This document shows, piece by piece, positions 1 to 13,760 of a stretch of DNA of 64,000 bases (position 1 is its first letter; the number at the start of each line of letters is the position of its first letter). Under the pieces are notes generated by a model that had not been told where the DNA came from, made no database searches, and was given only the letters and a program-made list of their open reading frames with translations. This DNA comes from Eledone cirrhosa (lineage: Eukaryota). The DNA is taken from positions 30,256,001 through 30,320,000 of the forward strand of contig OZ024748.1 in assembly GCA_964016885.1 (NCBI GenBank). The letters are read 5' to 3'. A program made the translations under genes and the position numbers.

Positions 1-120
1 AGGTTGTGAGTTCAGTTCTCAGACCAGACTGTGTTGTGTCATTGAGCAAGACACATTGTTTCATGTTGCTCCAGTCCACTCAGCTGTATAAAATGAGTTG
101 TGATGACACTGGTGCCAAGC
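1..120 (+). mobile_element. CORE-type SINE fragment (5' end outside window)
   Basis: B-box-like GAGTTCAGTTCTC followed by TTGAGCAAGACAC...CTCAGCTGTATAAAATG, as in the SINE at 45198. Confidence 0.7.
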
Positions 121-124
121 TGTG

Positions 125-720
125 TCTTCCTAACACCAACCACGTTTACAGTGTGGACTGGGCGGTTTTTACCGTGTTACCTACACGGCCACATTACAGC
201 GTGGACAGTGTGTTTTTTTTGTCGTGGCACCTAGACAGCCTCATTTATTTCGGACTGGATGTTGTGGTACCAACATAACTTTACATCGAAAGGGGTGGTG
301 TGGATGGGGTGGGGGTAGTGGGACGGGGGTGTATTTTTGTTAAGAGGTGCCTACTGACTGTAGGTTTCGCTTTGTACTTAGGCAAGGCGGGTCTTCTGTA
401 TTACTGTGTAGTGCCAAAAATCTCTGTCCAGTGACATTGTCTTGGAGAGGTGTAAGTGTGTGAGGTTGGAATTTATCAAGTCGTCCCAGGTTTTTCTGAG
501 TCTGCCTACTCCGTGGCTACCGTCTATTTTTATCGCCCTGCAATTTTTTATACAGCTGTCGTCTTTCATGCGCATCACGTGACCATACCAACATAGTATT
601 CTTTCGAGTAAACAACATCTGATCCCTCTTATTCCTAATTTCTCCCTTAGTTCATTTATGCTTTGCCGTTCATGTATATTACTATTACACATCCAACGGA
701 GATTTACCCATCTGCATTGT
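125..720 (-). mobile_element. RTE LINE 3' fragment (ORF end plus 3' UTR)
   Basis: [14 protein letters not shown]...[11 protein letters not shown]; near-identical to the 3' ends at 3720-4400 and 9960-10560. Confidence 0.9.
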
Positions 721-804
721 TGAGGCTTCCAAAACGACCCCCCCCCTCCCCAAAAAGAATTTTTTATTATTCCACAATGCTTCAAGCAAACTTCAATACT
801 ATCA

Positions 805-838
805 TATATATATACATATATATATATATACATATATG

Positions 839-885
<47 letters not shown>

Positions 886-995
886 GTATATGTATATATG
901 TATATATGTATATATATATATGTATATATATATATGTATATATATATATATGTATATATATGTATATATATATACATATATACATAAATATGTGT
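805..995. repeat. (TA)n/(TATG)n microsatellite
   Basis: Directly visible; source of the YIYI ORFs. Confidence 0.95.
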
Positions 996-1169
996 ATAGT
1001 CCTATACGAGAGAGACATGATCACCCGACCAATCTTGCCTCGAATGGGACAATTCCCGTCTAATCCATGCTAGTGTGGAAGATAGATGTTAAACGATGAT
1101 GATGATGATATATGTATATATATATATACACACACACATATATATATACATATAAATATATATATATAT

Positions 1170-2170
1170 ATGCTGACGATCTGGCTCTTATAGCAGAATC
1201 AGTAGAGGAGCTAGAGAATAAATTCCGGCTATGGAAACAGCAGTTGGAAGCAAGAGGACTGAGAGTAAATCTAGCTAAGACAAAAGTGTTGATGAGTAGA
1301 AAAGAGGACAAAACCCTGATTCCATCAGGGAAATGGCCATGTTCGATATGCAGAAAAGGAACTGGCATAAATTCTATAAAATGCACACAATGCAGGTCCT
1401 GGGTACACAAGAGATGTAGCGGGATAGCAGGCAAACTAACAGGGAGGGAGAAATATGTATGCAGTAGATGTACAGGGAAATTAGACAGTAGAAGTCGCAC
1501 TGATAGACACATTTTTCAAATGCGAGAGGGCGCTATAGAAGTGGTGGATAGCTTCCGGTACCTAGGAGATCAGATTAGCATGGGAGGAGGGTGTTCCGAG
1601 GCCATAGTATCTAGAATAAGGACGGGTTGGAAGAAGTTTAGGGAGCTGCTTCCTCTGTTGACGAAGAAGGGTTTCTCCCTGCGTACGAAAGGCCGGTTGT
1701 ATGATGCCTGTGTGAGGAGCGCGATGCTGCATGGTAGTGAGACATGGGCAGCAACCGCAGAGGATATGCGACGGCTGGAGAGAAATGAGGCAAGCATGCT
1801 CCGTTGGATGTGCAATGTAAATGTGCGTGAACGACCCAGCATAAATGTGTTGAGAGAGAAACTGTGTCTGAGAGGGATGGAATGTAGTGTACGGGAGAGG
1901 AGACTGAGGTGGTATGGACATGTGATGCGCATGGAGGATGACCGATGGGTGAAGAAGTGCCAGGAAATGCCAGTTGAAGGAAGACGTGGTAGAGGTAGAC
2001 CAGGAAAAACATGGGCGGAGGTGGTGAGAACAGACCTCAGATCATTGAAGCTCACGGTGGAGATGACGAGGGACCGTGACGAGTGGAGAGATGCTGTGCT
2101 GAATAAGACCCGTCCCACCCTTGCAAGCAGGGAAAAGCGGACATAAAATGATGATGATGATGATGATGAT
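1170..2170 (+). mobile_element. 5'-truncated RTE LINE (RT C-terminus with PHD-like finger)
   Basis: YADDLALIAES, KTKVL, FRYLG, LRWYGHVMR, GRGRPGKTW; (ATG)n tail. Confidence 0.95.
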
Positions 2171-2309
2171 GATATGCATATATATATATACATACATACT
2201 TGCTTATATATATATATACATACATACATACTTGCTTATATATATATAAGCAAGTATTGCACCAAGAAAAATATAAACATCACTGTGAAAGAAGATTAGG
2301 AATTTATTT

Positions 2310-2420
2310 GCTTTAACATATGTTTCCGTGTCTATTACAATCGTCTACATATGCTGACTACAATATATATTGTTCAATCATATGCAATACTTAATTATTT
2401 ATCACACTTCATCAGAAAGC
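2310..2420 (-). ncRNA. Minimal type I hammerhead ribozyme (Penelope-like repeat)
   Basis: Minus strand: GCUUU-CUGAUGA-(stem II)-GAAA-CAUAUG-UU-AAAGC; perfect stem I, palindromic stem III. Confidence 0.75.
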
Positions 2421-2602
2421 CTATAATAGTGGAAGTAACTATTCACTACTTGGTAGAATACAGCAATGGGGTTTTCATTTAAGAAAGTGTAAATAAGTTA
2501 AAATGACAAAAATAGGATGAAATACAGTCAGTTAGTGTGATAATAAAGAGGAGGCCAAACAAACACAGAAGGTTTGTGCCCTGACAAAAACTTAACTCTT
2601 AC

Positions 2603-2758
2603 CTTTGATCTGAATCGATCTTCAAAATATCGGATAACTCGTTCTGCAGTTGCCTTTTTATGATTTGCATTAGCAGTTCCTTTTACAATATCACGTTGAA
2701 ACTCTAGCTTTTCCTTCTTCAAGTCACTAAGTTCCACTTCAAATTGTTCAATTGTTGC
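2603..2758 (-). CDS. CCDC113: CCDC113/CFAP263 coding exon 3 (gene continues beyond window start)
   Basis: tttcag|GCA...AAG|gtaaga, 52 codons, phase 0/0; ATIEQFEVELSDLKKEKLEFQRDIVKG...AERVIRYFEDRFRSK resembles the CCDC113 coiled-coil region. Confidence 0.85.
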
Positions 2759-3319
2759 CTGAAATATGTTATCATCATCATGTATGTATGTGTGTACGTA
2801 TATGTATGTCTATCTGTGTAAGTATGTACATATGTATGTTTGTATGTATGAATGTATGTAAATATGTATATATATACAAGTATATATGTTAGGACCCATA
2901 ACTCCAGGTGGAGTTGAAGGGGTGCCATAATAATATATACCATGTCTTTGGTTTAACAAAGCCCATTCCCTCTCCAGATCTGAACACAGCTGAATTCTCT
3001 GGAGAGAAACAGAGAAAGGAAGTAAGAAAGTGAGATATAGAGAAAGAATCAACCCCCAGTACTGGACTGATACTTTTTTCTTAGCAGCCTCCAAAGAAGG
3101 GAAGACAAAGTTGACCTCATTGGGATTTGAATCAGAGAACAGAGCACCGTAAAGTATTCTATCTTACTTTTTAATGACTGTCAATTTGCAGCCTGCTGAG
3201 AAATATAAGAAGTGTAAACACCAATATCTCTCTAACATTTTCTCTGACACTTTGAAAAAACGAAGAGGGTGGGGGGGAGAATTTATGTTGATTGCCTTTT
3301 TAGTTTTGTTAAACTAAGG

Positions 3320-4543
3320 GTGGGTGCATAAAATATGTAGTGGGATCACAGGTAAGCTAACTAAGAACATAGATTTTACATGTGGCCGGTGCTCTGGTGC
3401 AATAAGTAGCAGCAAGTGCCCACAAAATACTAGCTCCTTCAACTGCGCAGAGGGTTCTATAGAAATAGTGGACAGCTTCCGTTATCTGGGTGACAAAATC
3501 AGCAGTGGGGGAGGGTGCTCTGAAAGTACAGTAGCTAGAGTCAGAACTGGATGGAAAAAGTTCAGAGAGCTTATACCACTATTAGCCGCTAGAGGGTTCT
3601 CCCTAAAAATGAAAGGCAGGTTATACGATGCCTGCATACGAACAGCAATGCTGCATGGCAGTGAGACCTGGGCATTGTGTGCAGAGGATATACGCAGACT
3701 AGAGAGGAACGAAGCTTGCATGCTCCGCTGGATGTGCAATAGTAATATACGTGAACGGCAAAGCATAAACGAACTAAGGAAAAAATTAGAAATAAGAGGG
3801 ATCAGATGTTGTTTACTCGAGAGAAGGCTACGTTGGTACGGTCACGTGATGCGCATGAAAGACGACAGCTGTATAACAAAGTGCAGGGCAATAAAGATAG
3901 ACGGTAGCCACGGAGTAGGCAGACCCAGAAAAACATGGGACGAGCTGATAAATTCCGACCTCACACGCTTACACCTCTCCAAGACAATGTCACTGGACCG
4001 AGACCTTTGGCGGTACTCAGTAATAGAGAAGACCCGCCTTACCTAAATACAAAGTAAAAACCTACTACAGTCAGTAGGCATCTCTATCAAAACACACCCC
4101 CGTCCCACCACCTCCACACCGCCCCTTTCAATGTAAAGTTATGTTGGTCCCACAACATCCAGGCCGAAACAAATGAGATCGTGTAGGTGTCACGACAAAA
4201 AAACACACAGTCCAAGCTGTAAATGTGGCCGTGTAGGCAACACGGTAAAAACCTCCCAGCCCCACACTGTAAATGTGGTTGGTGTTAGGAAGGGCATCCA
4301 GCTGTAGAAAACCTGCCAGACAGTCCACGCTGTAATGTGGCCGTGTAGGCAACACGGTAAAAACCTCCCAGCCCCACACTGTAAATGTGGTTGGTGTTAG
4401 GAAGGGCATCCAACTGTAGAAAACCCGCCAGACAGTCCTATGCGAGCAAGACAACCACTCTTGCCTCAAGTGGGATAACCCCCGTCCAAACCCATGCAAG
4501 CGTGGAACACGGACGCTAAACCTGATGATGATGATGATGATGA
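3320..4543 (+). mobile_element. 5'-truncated RTE LINE with 3' UTR and (ATG)n tail
   Basis: ORF 3324-4046 with RT C-terminal motifs; internal duplication in the 3' UTR; same family as 7540 and 36395. Confidence 0.95.
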
Positions 4544-4984
4544 TAAGGGGAGATGACTGCATGAAGTTATTATTTTCATTCAGATTGACAATTTCAGTGG
4601 TTTGGAACCAAAAGGGTTAACAAGAAATATATACAATCCCTATATATTTCAAAATCTGGGACATTACCTGTTGCAACACTTTCCCTAATGCCAACAACAC
4701 ATAGATATGAAAAAGATTGTGTGCATATATGAAAGAGGGAGAGGGTTGAGATAGAAAGAAAGATTAAAGAGAGTTTGAAAGAGAAAGATTCATGTCAGAA
4801 AAGTATTTTAGAATATTTATGAATGTTAGAACACTTCTCCCACTCCTACTCCATTAGAATCTTTAATCTTTTTCCATCTCTTTTAACAAAATCCTCCATT
4901 TTTCTTGACTGGAAGTGCAGAATAAGAATTTCTTTTTACACTGGGATGTATCTGCAACTCTGTCAACTTTTGTGATGGTTCATT

Positions 4985-5197
4985 GAGAAATTGTAACTTT
5001 GTTTCAAGGCAGACGACATACATTTGTGTAAAGGAAAACCAAGAAAGACCTGAGCAGAAGTGGTGAGAGATGATCTCAGATTGCTAAAGCTCATGGAGGA
5101 GATGACAAAGAAATGTGGCAAGTGGAGAGATGCTGTACTGAGAGGGACCTGTCCAACCCATGTGTGGAACAACAGACGTAAAAATGATGATGATGAA
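4985..5197 (+). mobile_element. Degenerate RTE 3' end
   Basis: Similar to 1980-2170; ends GACGTAAAAATGATGATG. Confidence 0.75.
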
Positions 5198-5683
5198 ATA
5201 CTGATTTTTACCTAGAACTATATTTTAAGAAGAAATTAGAACAACACTAGTATATTACAGGAATTGAATTTATTAACACTGGAAGCATGAAAATTAATAT
5301 GAAACTAAGAGGTATAACAATAAACTAAGTATAACAACAACAAGCATTTTAAGGTTATTTTCCCAGCTAAAGAAAAGGCTAGCCTTCCGAACTCTATGAC
5401 AGACTTTGTACTCATCGTAAAGAATGATACAGCATTTCTTGGGCAAAGCCCATCCCTCTCTGGCTCTGAGTACAGCAGATTTCTTCCAGAGAAAGGATGA
5501 AAAGTAAAGTTGAACTGAGAGAGCAGAGAGGCAGAAAGAATACCATAAAGCACTCTATTCGATGTTCTAACAACTCTGCCTATTTACCACCTATCATAAA
5601 GAATAACATGTTAAAATAAACAGCTTTGTATTGTAGAACCATGTGTGGTTTTTGATGGTTTCTTATCAAAAAGATTAGCTTAC

Positions 5684-5978
5684 TTTATAAATATCCACCA
5701 CTTTCTCAGCTTCATTGACACATCTACTTATTTCACTTTTCAGTTTTTCGACACTTTTCTGTGCAATATCACACTTTTGGCTTGTTGTCAGGCGCATTAC
5801 TCGGTCAATGGTGTTGCGAGCTTTGCTTCGTTTCCTACCAATAGGTCGAGAAATTTCTCCAGTTGATCCAAAAGAAGATGTATTATTCGATGTATTTAAC
5901 AACACTGAATTAAGATCTTGTTTTTCATAAAAATCTTCAAACATTTTAGTTTCAATTTCAAGTACAACATTTTTCTCC
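5684..5978 (-). CDS. CCDC113: CCDC113/CFAP263 coding exon 2
   Basis: tttcag|G GAG...TAT AAA|gtaagc; phase 2 start joins exon 1, phase 0 end joins exon 3; LEIETKMFE...GRKRSKARNTIDRVMRLTTSQKCDIAQK resembles vertebrate LKTETEMFE...RRRSKSR...LTADQK. Confidence 0.85.
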
Positions 5979-7340
5979 CTGAAATTAAAGTAAAAGGAAA
6001 AATCCTAATAATTGAATCAATCTATCCAGCCCTCCATTCACAGGGCCTTACCTCTTGGAGTCATAGCGGCATTTAAATCTAGCACAATACAGCCCTCTCC
6101 AGGTCTGAACACAGCAGATTTCTTCCAGAGAAGCAAAGAGAGAGATGTGAACAGGGCCTTAACTCCTATTTAAGTCATGAGGGCATTTAAACCTAGCACA
6201 GACCAGCCCTCTCGAGGTCTGAATACAGCAGATTTCTTCCAGACAAGTAAAGAGAGAGAGATGTAAGAAAGAGAGGAAGAATTGACCTCAATACTGGGCT
6301 GATACCTCAAAACAATGAAAGGTAATGTTGACAAAGGCAATTTGAACTCAAAGTACTGACAGCTGGAACAAATACTGCAAAGCATTCTATTCATTATTCA
6401 TCACCTTCCAGTATGGAAAACAACCTGTATAATAATGATCTCTATCTCTAACACACACACATCACATCTCACACATCACAGACGAACTACACATACATCA
6501 AAAACAAAATATGCACACACATACAGACACATACACACATATCACAGACAAACTACATACATATACACACAGATACCAACAATTCATTGGGATGGATGAA
6601 CATGGCCAGAATTTATATATTGTGGAAGAGTTAATGAGGGAAAACTTAAGAATTTTTTTTTCTGTCATGGTGAGAAAGTAGGGATTGTCTTGACATATCT
6701 TCTGTGAGAGGTGACACAAACAAAATGTCAGTAAATGTCACAGAATCTGTTTTATATGACATACTTATCTCTCTCTGACATGCAAGAAATATCAGATATA
6801 CACATGGCTGTTTGGTTATGGTATTCATGTCACAACATAGGTACAGACATGGCTGTGATGTTAAGGGGTTGACTTCACAAATAGGTGTAGGTATGGCTGT
6901 GTGGTTAAGGAGTTCATTTTACAAAATAGGTGTATATATGACAAAAAGCAACCAGCCCTCCATGTAAGGAGGTTGTGCCAGCAACACAACAATAAACCCT
7001 CAAAGCACCCAGTTCACACAATTAATGTGGTTGGCATTAGAAAGGGCATCCAGCTGTAGCAACCAAGTCATAAACAGTTCTGCATGAGCAAGACACGGTC
7101 ATCTGATCTGACTTGTCTCACACTGAGACAACTTATCTAACACATGCTAACATGGAAAATGGATATCTATATAATTATATCTGGGAAAAATAAATAAGAT
7201 AAGAACACTACTTGCCAATGTCTACCTTACTACCCTCCTGTTGATAGCCTATCATATGATAGATCTTCCATTTGAAACTTTCACTGATGGCGAACAAGCA
7301 AGAATTTTTATGTCTTGAATTTTCTTTCTTGACTGAGAAA

Positions 7341-7385
7341 GTCTCCTGATGATTTCAGCTTTTTCAAAGAAACTGCAGTAGGGAC
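7341..7385 (+). ncRNA. Minimal type I hammerhead ribozyme
   Basis: GUCUC-CUGAUGA-...-GAAA-CUGCAG-UA-GGGAC; lies between imperfect inverted repeats at about 7165-7205 and 7410-7450. Confidence 0.75.
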
Positions 7386-7539
7386 ATTAAAGTAAGTAAG
7401 TAAAGATTTTTTTCTTATCTTGTTTGCTTTTCCCAGATATGATTATATTATGCTCTGAATGGGTTGATCTCTGTTAATTCTTTCATAGAACAAAACTTGG
7501 TATCGGTTGGACGTCTTTATATGTATCTATATTTGTGTA

Positions 7540-10500
7540 ATTAAAATAAGACTTGTTCTAAATAGAACTACTGTGACGATAATATCTGCGTACACGCCCC
7601 AATCCGGACTGCCTGGCGCTATAAAAGACAGTTTCTATGAGACACTGATGCTCACTACTTCCCAAATAACCGACAGTGACTATATAATTATTGCTGGTGA
7701 CCTAAATGGTCACGTTGGACAACATTGTGACGGTTATGATGGAATCCACGGAGGCTATGGGTTTGGTACTAGAAATGAGGAAGGCTCCAGAATCCTGGAA
7801 TTCTGTGACGCAAATAACCTAACAATCTGTAACACTAACTTCAAAAAACGAGACAATCACTTGATCACCTACAGATCAGGGGAACATACCAGCCAGGTAG
7901 ATTATATCCTTACCAGAAGACGTGACAGAGTGTCTGTTGTAAACACTAAATCCCTCCCCCATGAAGAATGCACCTCCCAACATAGGCTGATAATTAGCGA
8001 CCTCATAGTCAGGACGAGACGTACTCGACAGCAGAAGAGGACTATCCTCAGGAGAAAAATATGGAAGCTAAAGGACCCCACAGCCAGAAATAAATTTCAA
8101 AGCATATTACTTGATGCTTTCGACAGTAAGGAAGAGCATTTAGAGTCGTACAATATAGAGGAACAGTGGGAATTCCTGAAAGCAAACCTGCTGATGGCGG
8201 CAGACGAAGTCTGTGGCCGGAGCAGGCCTATAGGCAGGAGGAGAGTAACATGGTGGTGGAACAGTAAGGTGGAGAAGTCAATTAAGGCCAAAAAGCAGGC
8301 TTAGAAAGTATGGCGGGATGGCGGAAGTAGAGAAGACTATCAAGTGGCCAGGAGGGAAGCTAGGAGACAAGTGTACTTCGCAAGAAGGGAAGCAGAGGAA
8401 AGAAAGTTCAAGCATGTTCTACAACGCGAGGACCAAAAACGTGAGGTGTTCAGGATTGCTAGGCAATGTGTCAAGGAAAACCGTGATATTGTCGGGGAGA
8501 AGTGTGTACTAAATGATGATGGCGTACTTGCCATCACTGACGCTGATAAGAAGGTAGCTTGGAAGTGTCACTACGAAAGGCTACTAAATGGGAGAAGGAC
8601 AGTCTCCCCCACATCGACCCAATAGAGGGACCAGCAGTGTTAGTTGAAGGTAGTATAATAAGTAAGGCAATCAAAGATATGGAGACGGGTAAGGCGGCTG
8701 GACCTTCGGAAATAGTTGCTGAGATGCTGAAAGCCTCTGGAACGGTGGGACACACCATGGTCACCCGGATAGTAAACCAAGTCATACAGAATGGGGTTGT
8801 TCCGAAGGACTGGCGTAGCAGCATCATCATTAACTGTTACAAGGGTAAAGGAGATGCCCTAGATAGGAGTAACTATCGAGGCATTAAATTAATCGACCAG
8901 GTCATGGAGGTCACGGAAAAAGTAATAGGGCAACTAATCAGAGAGAGAATTGATCTAGATGAAATGCAGTTTGGGTTTGTGTCAGGCAAAAGTACCACAG
9001 ACGCTCTTTTCATTGTACGACAACTACAGGAGAAGTACCTAGCTAAAAGTAAACCCCTATACTTAGCTTTTGTCGACTTGGAGAAAGCCTTCGACAGAGT
9101 CCCCCGTTCCATTATCTGGTGGGCTCTTAGAAAACTAGGTGTTGATGAATGGCTTGTGAGAGCTATACAAGCCATGTATAAAGAAACAGTCAGCAAGGTT
9201 AGAATTAACAACGAATATAGTGAAGAGTTTAGCGTAAAAGTTGGTGTTCATCAGGGCTCTGTTCTTAGCCCCCTACTATTTATTATTGCCCTTCAGGCTA
9301 TAACAGTGGAGTTCAAGACTGGCTGCCCATGGGAACTCCTATACGCAGATGATCTAACGCTCATAGCTGAATCAATGGCCGAGCTAGAGAAGAAATTCCA
9401 AACATGGAAGCACGGCCTTAAAATTAACCTGGCTAAGACTAAAGTTCTAGTTTGTAGGAAAGAAAATAAGGTGCCGGTCCCTTCTGGGAAATGGCCATGC
9501 TCAGTGTGTAGGAAAGGAGTAGGTAGAAACTCCATTTTATGTCCCAAATGCAAAGTATGGGTTCATAAAAGATGTAGTGGGATCACAGGTAAGCTAACTA
9601 AGAACATAGATTTTACATGTGGCCGGTGCTCTGGTGCAATAAGTAGCAACAAATGCCACAAAATACTAGCTCTTTCAATTGCGCAGAGGGTTCTATAGAA
9701 ATAGTGGACAGCTTCCGTTACCTGGGTGACAAAATCAGCAGTGGGGGAGGGTGCTCTGAAAGTACAGTAGCTAGAGTCAGAACTGGATGGAAAAAGTTCA
9801 GAGAGCTTATACCACTATTAGCCGCTAAAGAGTTCTCCCTAAAAATGAAAGGCAGGCTGTATGATACCTGTATACGAACAGCAATGTTGCATGGCAGTGA
9901 GACCTGGGCATTGTGTGCAGAGGATATACGCAGACTAGAGAGGAACGAAGCTTGCATGCTCTGCTGGATGTGTAATAGTAATATACGCGAACGGCAAAGC
10001 ATAAACGAACTAAGGGAAAAATTAGAAATAAGAGGGATCAGATGTTGTTTACTCGAGAGAAGGCTACGTTGGTATGGTCACGTGATGCGCATGAAAGACG
10101 ACAGCTGTATAAAAAAGTGCAGGGCAATAAAGATAGACGGTAGCCACGGAGTAGGCAGACCCAGAAAAACGTGGGACGACCTGATAAATTCTGACCTCAC
10201 ACACTTACACCTCTCCAAGACAATGTCACTGGACCGAGATCTTTGGCGGTACTCAGTAATAGAGAAGACCCGCCTTAGCTGAATACAAAGTAAAACCTAC
10301 TATAGTCAGTAGGCATCTCTAACAAAATACACCCCCGTCCCACCACCCCACCCCATCCACACCGCCCCTTTCAATGTAAAGTTATGTTGGTGCCACAACA
10401 TCCAGGCCGAAACAAATGAGGTCGTGTAGGTGTCACGACAAAAAAACACACAGTCCGCGCTGTAATGTGGCCGTGTAGGCAACACGGTAAAAACCTCCCA

Positions 10501-10665
10501 GTCCCACACTGTAAATGTGGTTGGTGTTAGGAAGGGCATCCAGCTGTAGAAAACCCGCCAGACAGTCCTATGCGAGCAAGACAACCACTCTTGCCTCAAG
10601 TGGGAAAACTCCCGTCCAAACCCATGCAAGCGTGGAACATGGACGTTAAAGGATGATGATGATGA
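7540..10665 (+). mobile_element. Near full-length RTE LINE (APE endonuclease + RT), disrupted
   Basis: SAYTPQ, GDLNGHVG, QVDYIL (APE); FVDLEKAFDRV, QGSVLSP, YADD (RT); stop at 8302 and frameshifts; (ATG)n tail. Confidence 0.95.
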
Positions 10666-10701
10666 TATATATATTTCTTCATTTAATTTGTATATATTTC
10701 A

Positions 10702-11165
10702 TCCTCATCATCATCATCATTTTACGTCCGCTTTTCCCTGCTTGCAAGAGTGGGATGGGTCCTATTCAGCACTGCACCTCTCCATTCATCACGGTCCTTC
10801 GTCATCTTCTCCTTGAGCTTCAGTGATCTGAGGTCAGCTCTCACCACTTCCGCCCATGTTTTTCGTGGTCTTCCTTCTACTGGGATTTCTTGGCACTTCT
10901 TTACCCAGCGGTCATCCTCCATGTGCATCACATGTACATACCAATGCAGTCTTCTCTCCCACACACAACAGCTTATCCCTCTTATACACAGTTTCTCTCT
11001 CAACTTGTCTATGCTTGGTCGTTCACGCACATTGACATTGCACATCCAACGGAGCATGCTTGCTTCATTTCTCTCCAGCTGTCGCATATCCTCCCCAGTT
11101 GCTTCCATAGCCAGAATTTATTTTCTAGCTCCTCTACTGATTCTGCTATAAGACATCAGCATAGA
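10702..11165 (-). mobile_element. RTE LINE 3' fragment, tail-to-tail with the previous copy
   Basis: ORF 10722-11108 matches the family at 1170-2170. Confidence 0.9.
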
Positions 11166-11375
11166 TTATATATTTATATATATATAATTATTTTACATCC
11201 ACTGTTCCATGCTTGCAATATATATATATATAAATTTGAGTATGTGTTGGTTAGTTACCGACACTTCAGTATGCAGGGTAGAGCACTCAACGAAGTGCGC
11301 AGGTGGGTCTGTTTACTCCGGAGTAATTTAAAAACAAGAAGTGTAAGTTAAAATTAACTTCCTTTATTCATATTC

Positions 11376-11434
11376 GCTGTTATATATATTTTGGTGATAA
11401 CCATTATTCAATAGCTATGACCTCATCAGACAGC
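11376..11434 (-). ncRNA. Degenerate minimal hammerhead (GAAA changed to AAAA)
   Basis: GCUGU-CUGAUGA-GGU...ACC-AAAA-UAUAUAUA-UA-ACAGC. Confidence 0.55.
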
Positions 11435-11989
11435 TAGAACTTGAACAGAAAAAACAGAAAAACATAATGATGGAACAAAGTTTACCTCTGTTATTTCAAT
11501 CTTTTGATTTACCCAGTCCCAAAGTATGGTGTTGTTTTCTCAAAGAACTGGTGGCATATGATTTAGAATGAACGAATTTAAGCATCAGCAGAATATATAT
11601 ATATACCGTAGAAAGGAAAGGGACATCACCAAGCATTTCTAATGCCCACAGAAAATCTATATACATATACAATATGACAAAACCCAAGGCTAACAACTTA
11701 AATTCATTTATTTAATTTTTATGTCCATTTCAATATGGTTACAATAGCACATGCATATGTAAACAATTAAAAGTAATTAACTATTAATTATCAACACAAT
11801 ACATAACATGTAACTGCAATTCTTCAGAAAATGTGAGAAGGAACAAAGTTTACCAAGTTGAAATAGTATCAAGAGTAGACTCCATAACAAACACTGATCA
11901 TAAAGCAGGCAATTAAATATAAAAAAACATATTTTGTACATGGAGTTCTTGGAACGCGCAAAATTATAGGTTGAGGTAAAAAGCATTAC

Positions 11990-12316
11990 ATCATCATCAT
12001 TTCATTTTACGTCCGCTTTTTCCCTGCTTGGAACTGATTCTGGCTTGATTTCTACAGCTGGATGCCCTTCCTAACACCAACATCATTTACAGTGAGTGCT
12101 GGGTGCTTTTTTTGCTGTGGCACCTCCATGACCACTTTACAGTGGAATGATATGGACCCCAGTCCCTATCATCTAATTTTTACAGCTGAGTAAACTGGAG
12201 CAATGTGAAATAAAGTGTCTTGCTCAAGGAAACAACACATCACCCGGTCTGAGAATTGAACTCACAACCTTTCGATTGCAAGGCCAATTCTTTAACCACT
12301 AAGCCATATGTCTCCA
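11990..12316 (-). mobile_element. tRNA-headed CORE-SINE with RTE-like 3' tail
   Basis: A/B boxes, CORE-like segment, tail AAAAGCGGACGTAAAATG shared with RTE. Confidence 0.85.
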
Positions 12317-12375
12317 TTACATCATTATTATTTATAATACTATTAATTATTTTTCCTTATACAGTTAGAATAATA

Positions 12376-12724
12376 CAAGTGAGTCAAAATTATGTTAATA
12401 CTTTTCTCGATCAAACATTTCCAAATCGTTGGATAGGTCGCGGTGGACCATTGGCATGGCCTACACACTGTGACTTCTGGTTATGGGGCATGGTAAAGGA
12501 GCGCGTGTATAGCAAAAAAGTTAGAGACATCGATGAACTCAAGGACAGAATACACGGTGTCACATCAAGTATTCCCGTGAAATGTGTGTCCAGGCACTAA
12601 ACTGTACTGTTGATCCCTGGTGTTTGTGTATTGATTCTGCTGGTGACAAGGTTGAGACTGTTCAGTAAATTCTGAATAAATCATTTCTCCCATACTAGTG
12701 TTAACATAATTTTGACTCACCCTG
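12376..12724 (+). mobile_element. Non-autonomous Tc1/mariner element with transposase remnant
   Basis: TA-flanked TIRs CA(A/GG)GTGAGTCAAAATTATGTTAA; internal FPNRWIGRGGPLAWP..CDFWLWGMVKERVY. Confidence 0.85.
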
Positions 12725-12924
12725 TATTTGTTGTTAGATTAGCAGGAGTGAAAATTATTTAAGAGGCAATAGCAAGCAGTCAGCATTTCACATAAACAAT
12801 AAATGTATATATATATGAAGCATATGTAAACTATATTAAACAGGTTCTAATATACAGTTTGTATATAGAGTTGAATTGGCTGCATTTATTTTACTCTGTT
12901 CATAAAATATATATATTGGAGGAT

Positions 12925-13302
12925 AAAATGTACTACCCCTTCAGGAAACCAAATGAGAACCTACACTACATACATAGATTTTCCAACTTTCCAAGGAATA
13001 ATACTAATAATTTGGTAAAAAATAACCTCTGCCTCCATATATCATGTTTGTCTCCAAATGAGCAGATATTCGAGAAACACATGCCACACTACAACTAGGC
13101 CCTCAAAAAAAGCGGGATTCACGGAGGAACTTACCTATTACACAAGCACCACTAGCAGGCAAAGCCGCCACTCATGCCACATAATGTGGTTTAATACTCC
13201 TCACATTGCTGAGGTCACCACACCAATCGGGAAGATCTTCCTCAGACTTCTAAACAAACACTTCACACCCCAACATCGCTACCACAATATCTTCAACAGA
13301 AA
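12925..13302 (+). mobile_element. Penelope-like element fragment (post-RT region)
   Basis: PFRKPNENLHYIHRFSNFP...IMWFNTP...IGKIFLRLLNKHF...IFNRN. Confidence 0.75.
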
Positions 13303-13304
13303 CA

Positions 13305-13630
13305 TCATCATCATTTATACATCCACTTTTCCCTGCTTGCAAGGGTGGGATGGGAACTGACTCTGGCTTGATTTCTACAGCTGGATGCCCTTCCTAACAC
13401 CAACCTCATTTACAGGGAGTGCTGGGTGCTTTTTTGCCGTGGCACCTACACGTCCACTTTACAGTGGAATGATATGGACCCCAGTCCCTATCATCTCATT
13501 TCTACAGCTGAGTAAATTGGAGCAATGTGAAATAAAGTGAATTGCTCAAGGAAACAACACATCACCCGGTCTGAGAATTGAACTCACAACCTTTCGATTG
13601 CAAAGCCAATGCTCTAACCACTAAACCATG
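13305..13630 (-). mobile_element. CORE-SINE with RTE tail
   Basis: Near-identical to 11990 and 35993 copies. Confidence 0.85.
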
Positions 13631-13760
13631 AAAACTGAAGAAGTTTAGTATGAACCCCTATGTGTAACTCCTGACCAGGATTGAACCCCAAACCAGGACC
13701 TCTACCATCACTGGTATCTCCCACCAGGCCACCATGAACGCTATTATATCTATCTATCTA

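Noticed and set aside
663-1073. YIYI/IYIY-rich ORFs here and at 39085-39656 and 44934-45275
   Set aside because: Microsatellite translation artefacts
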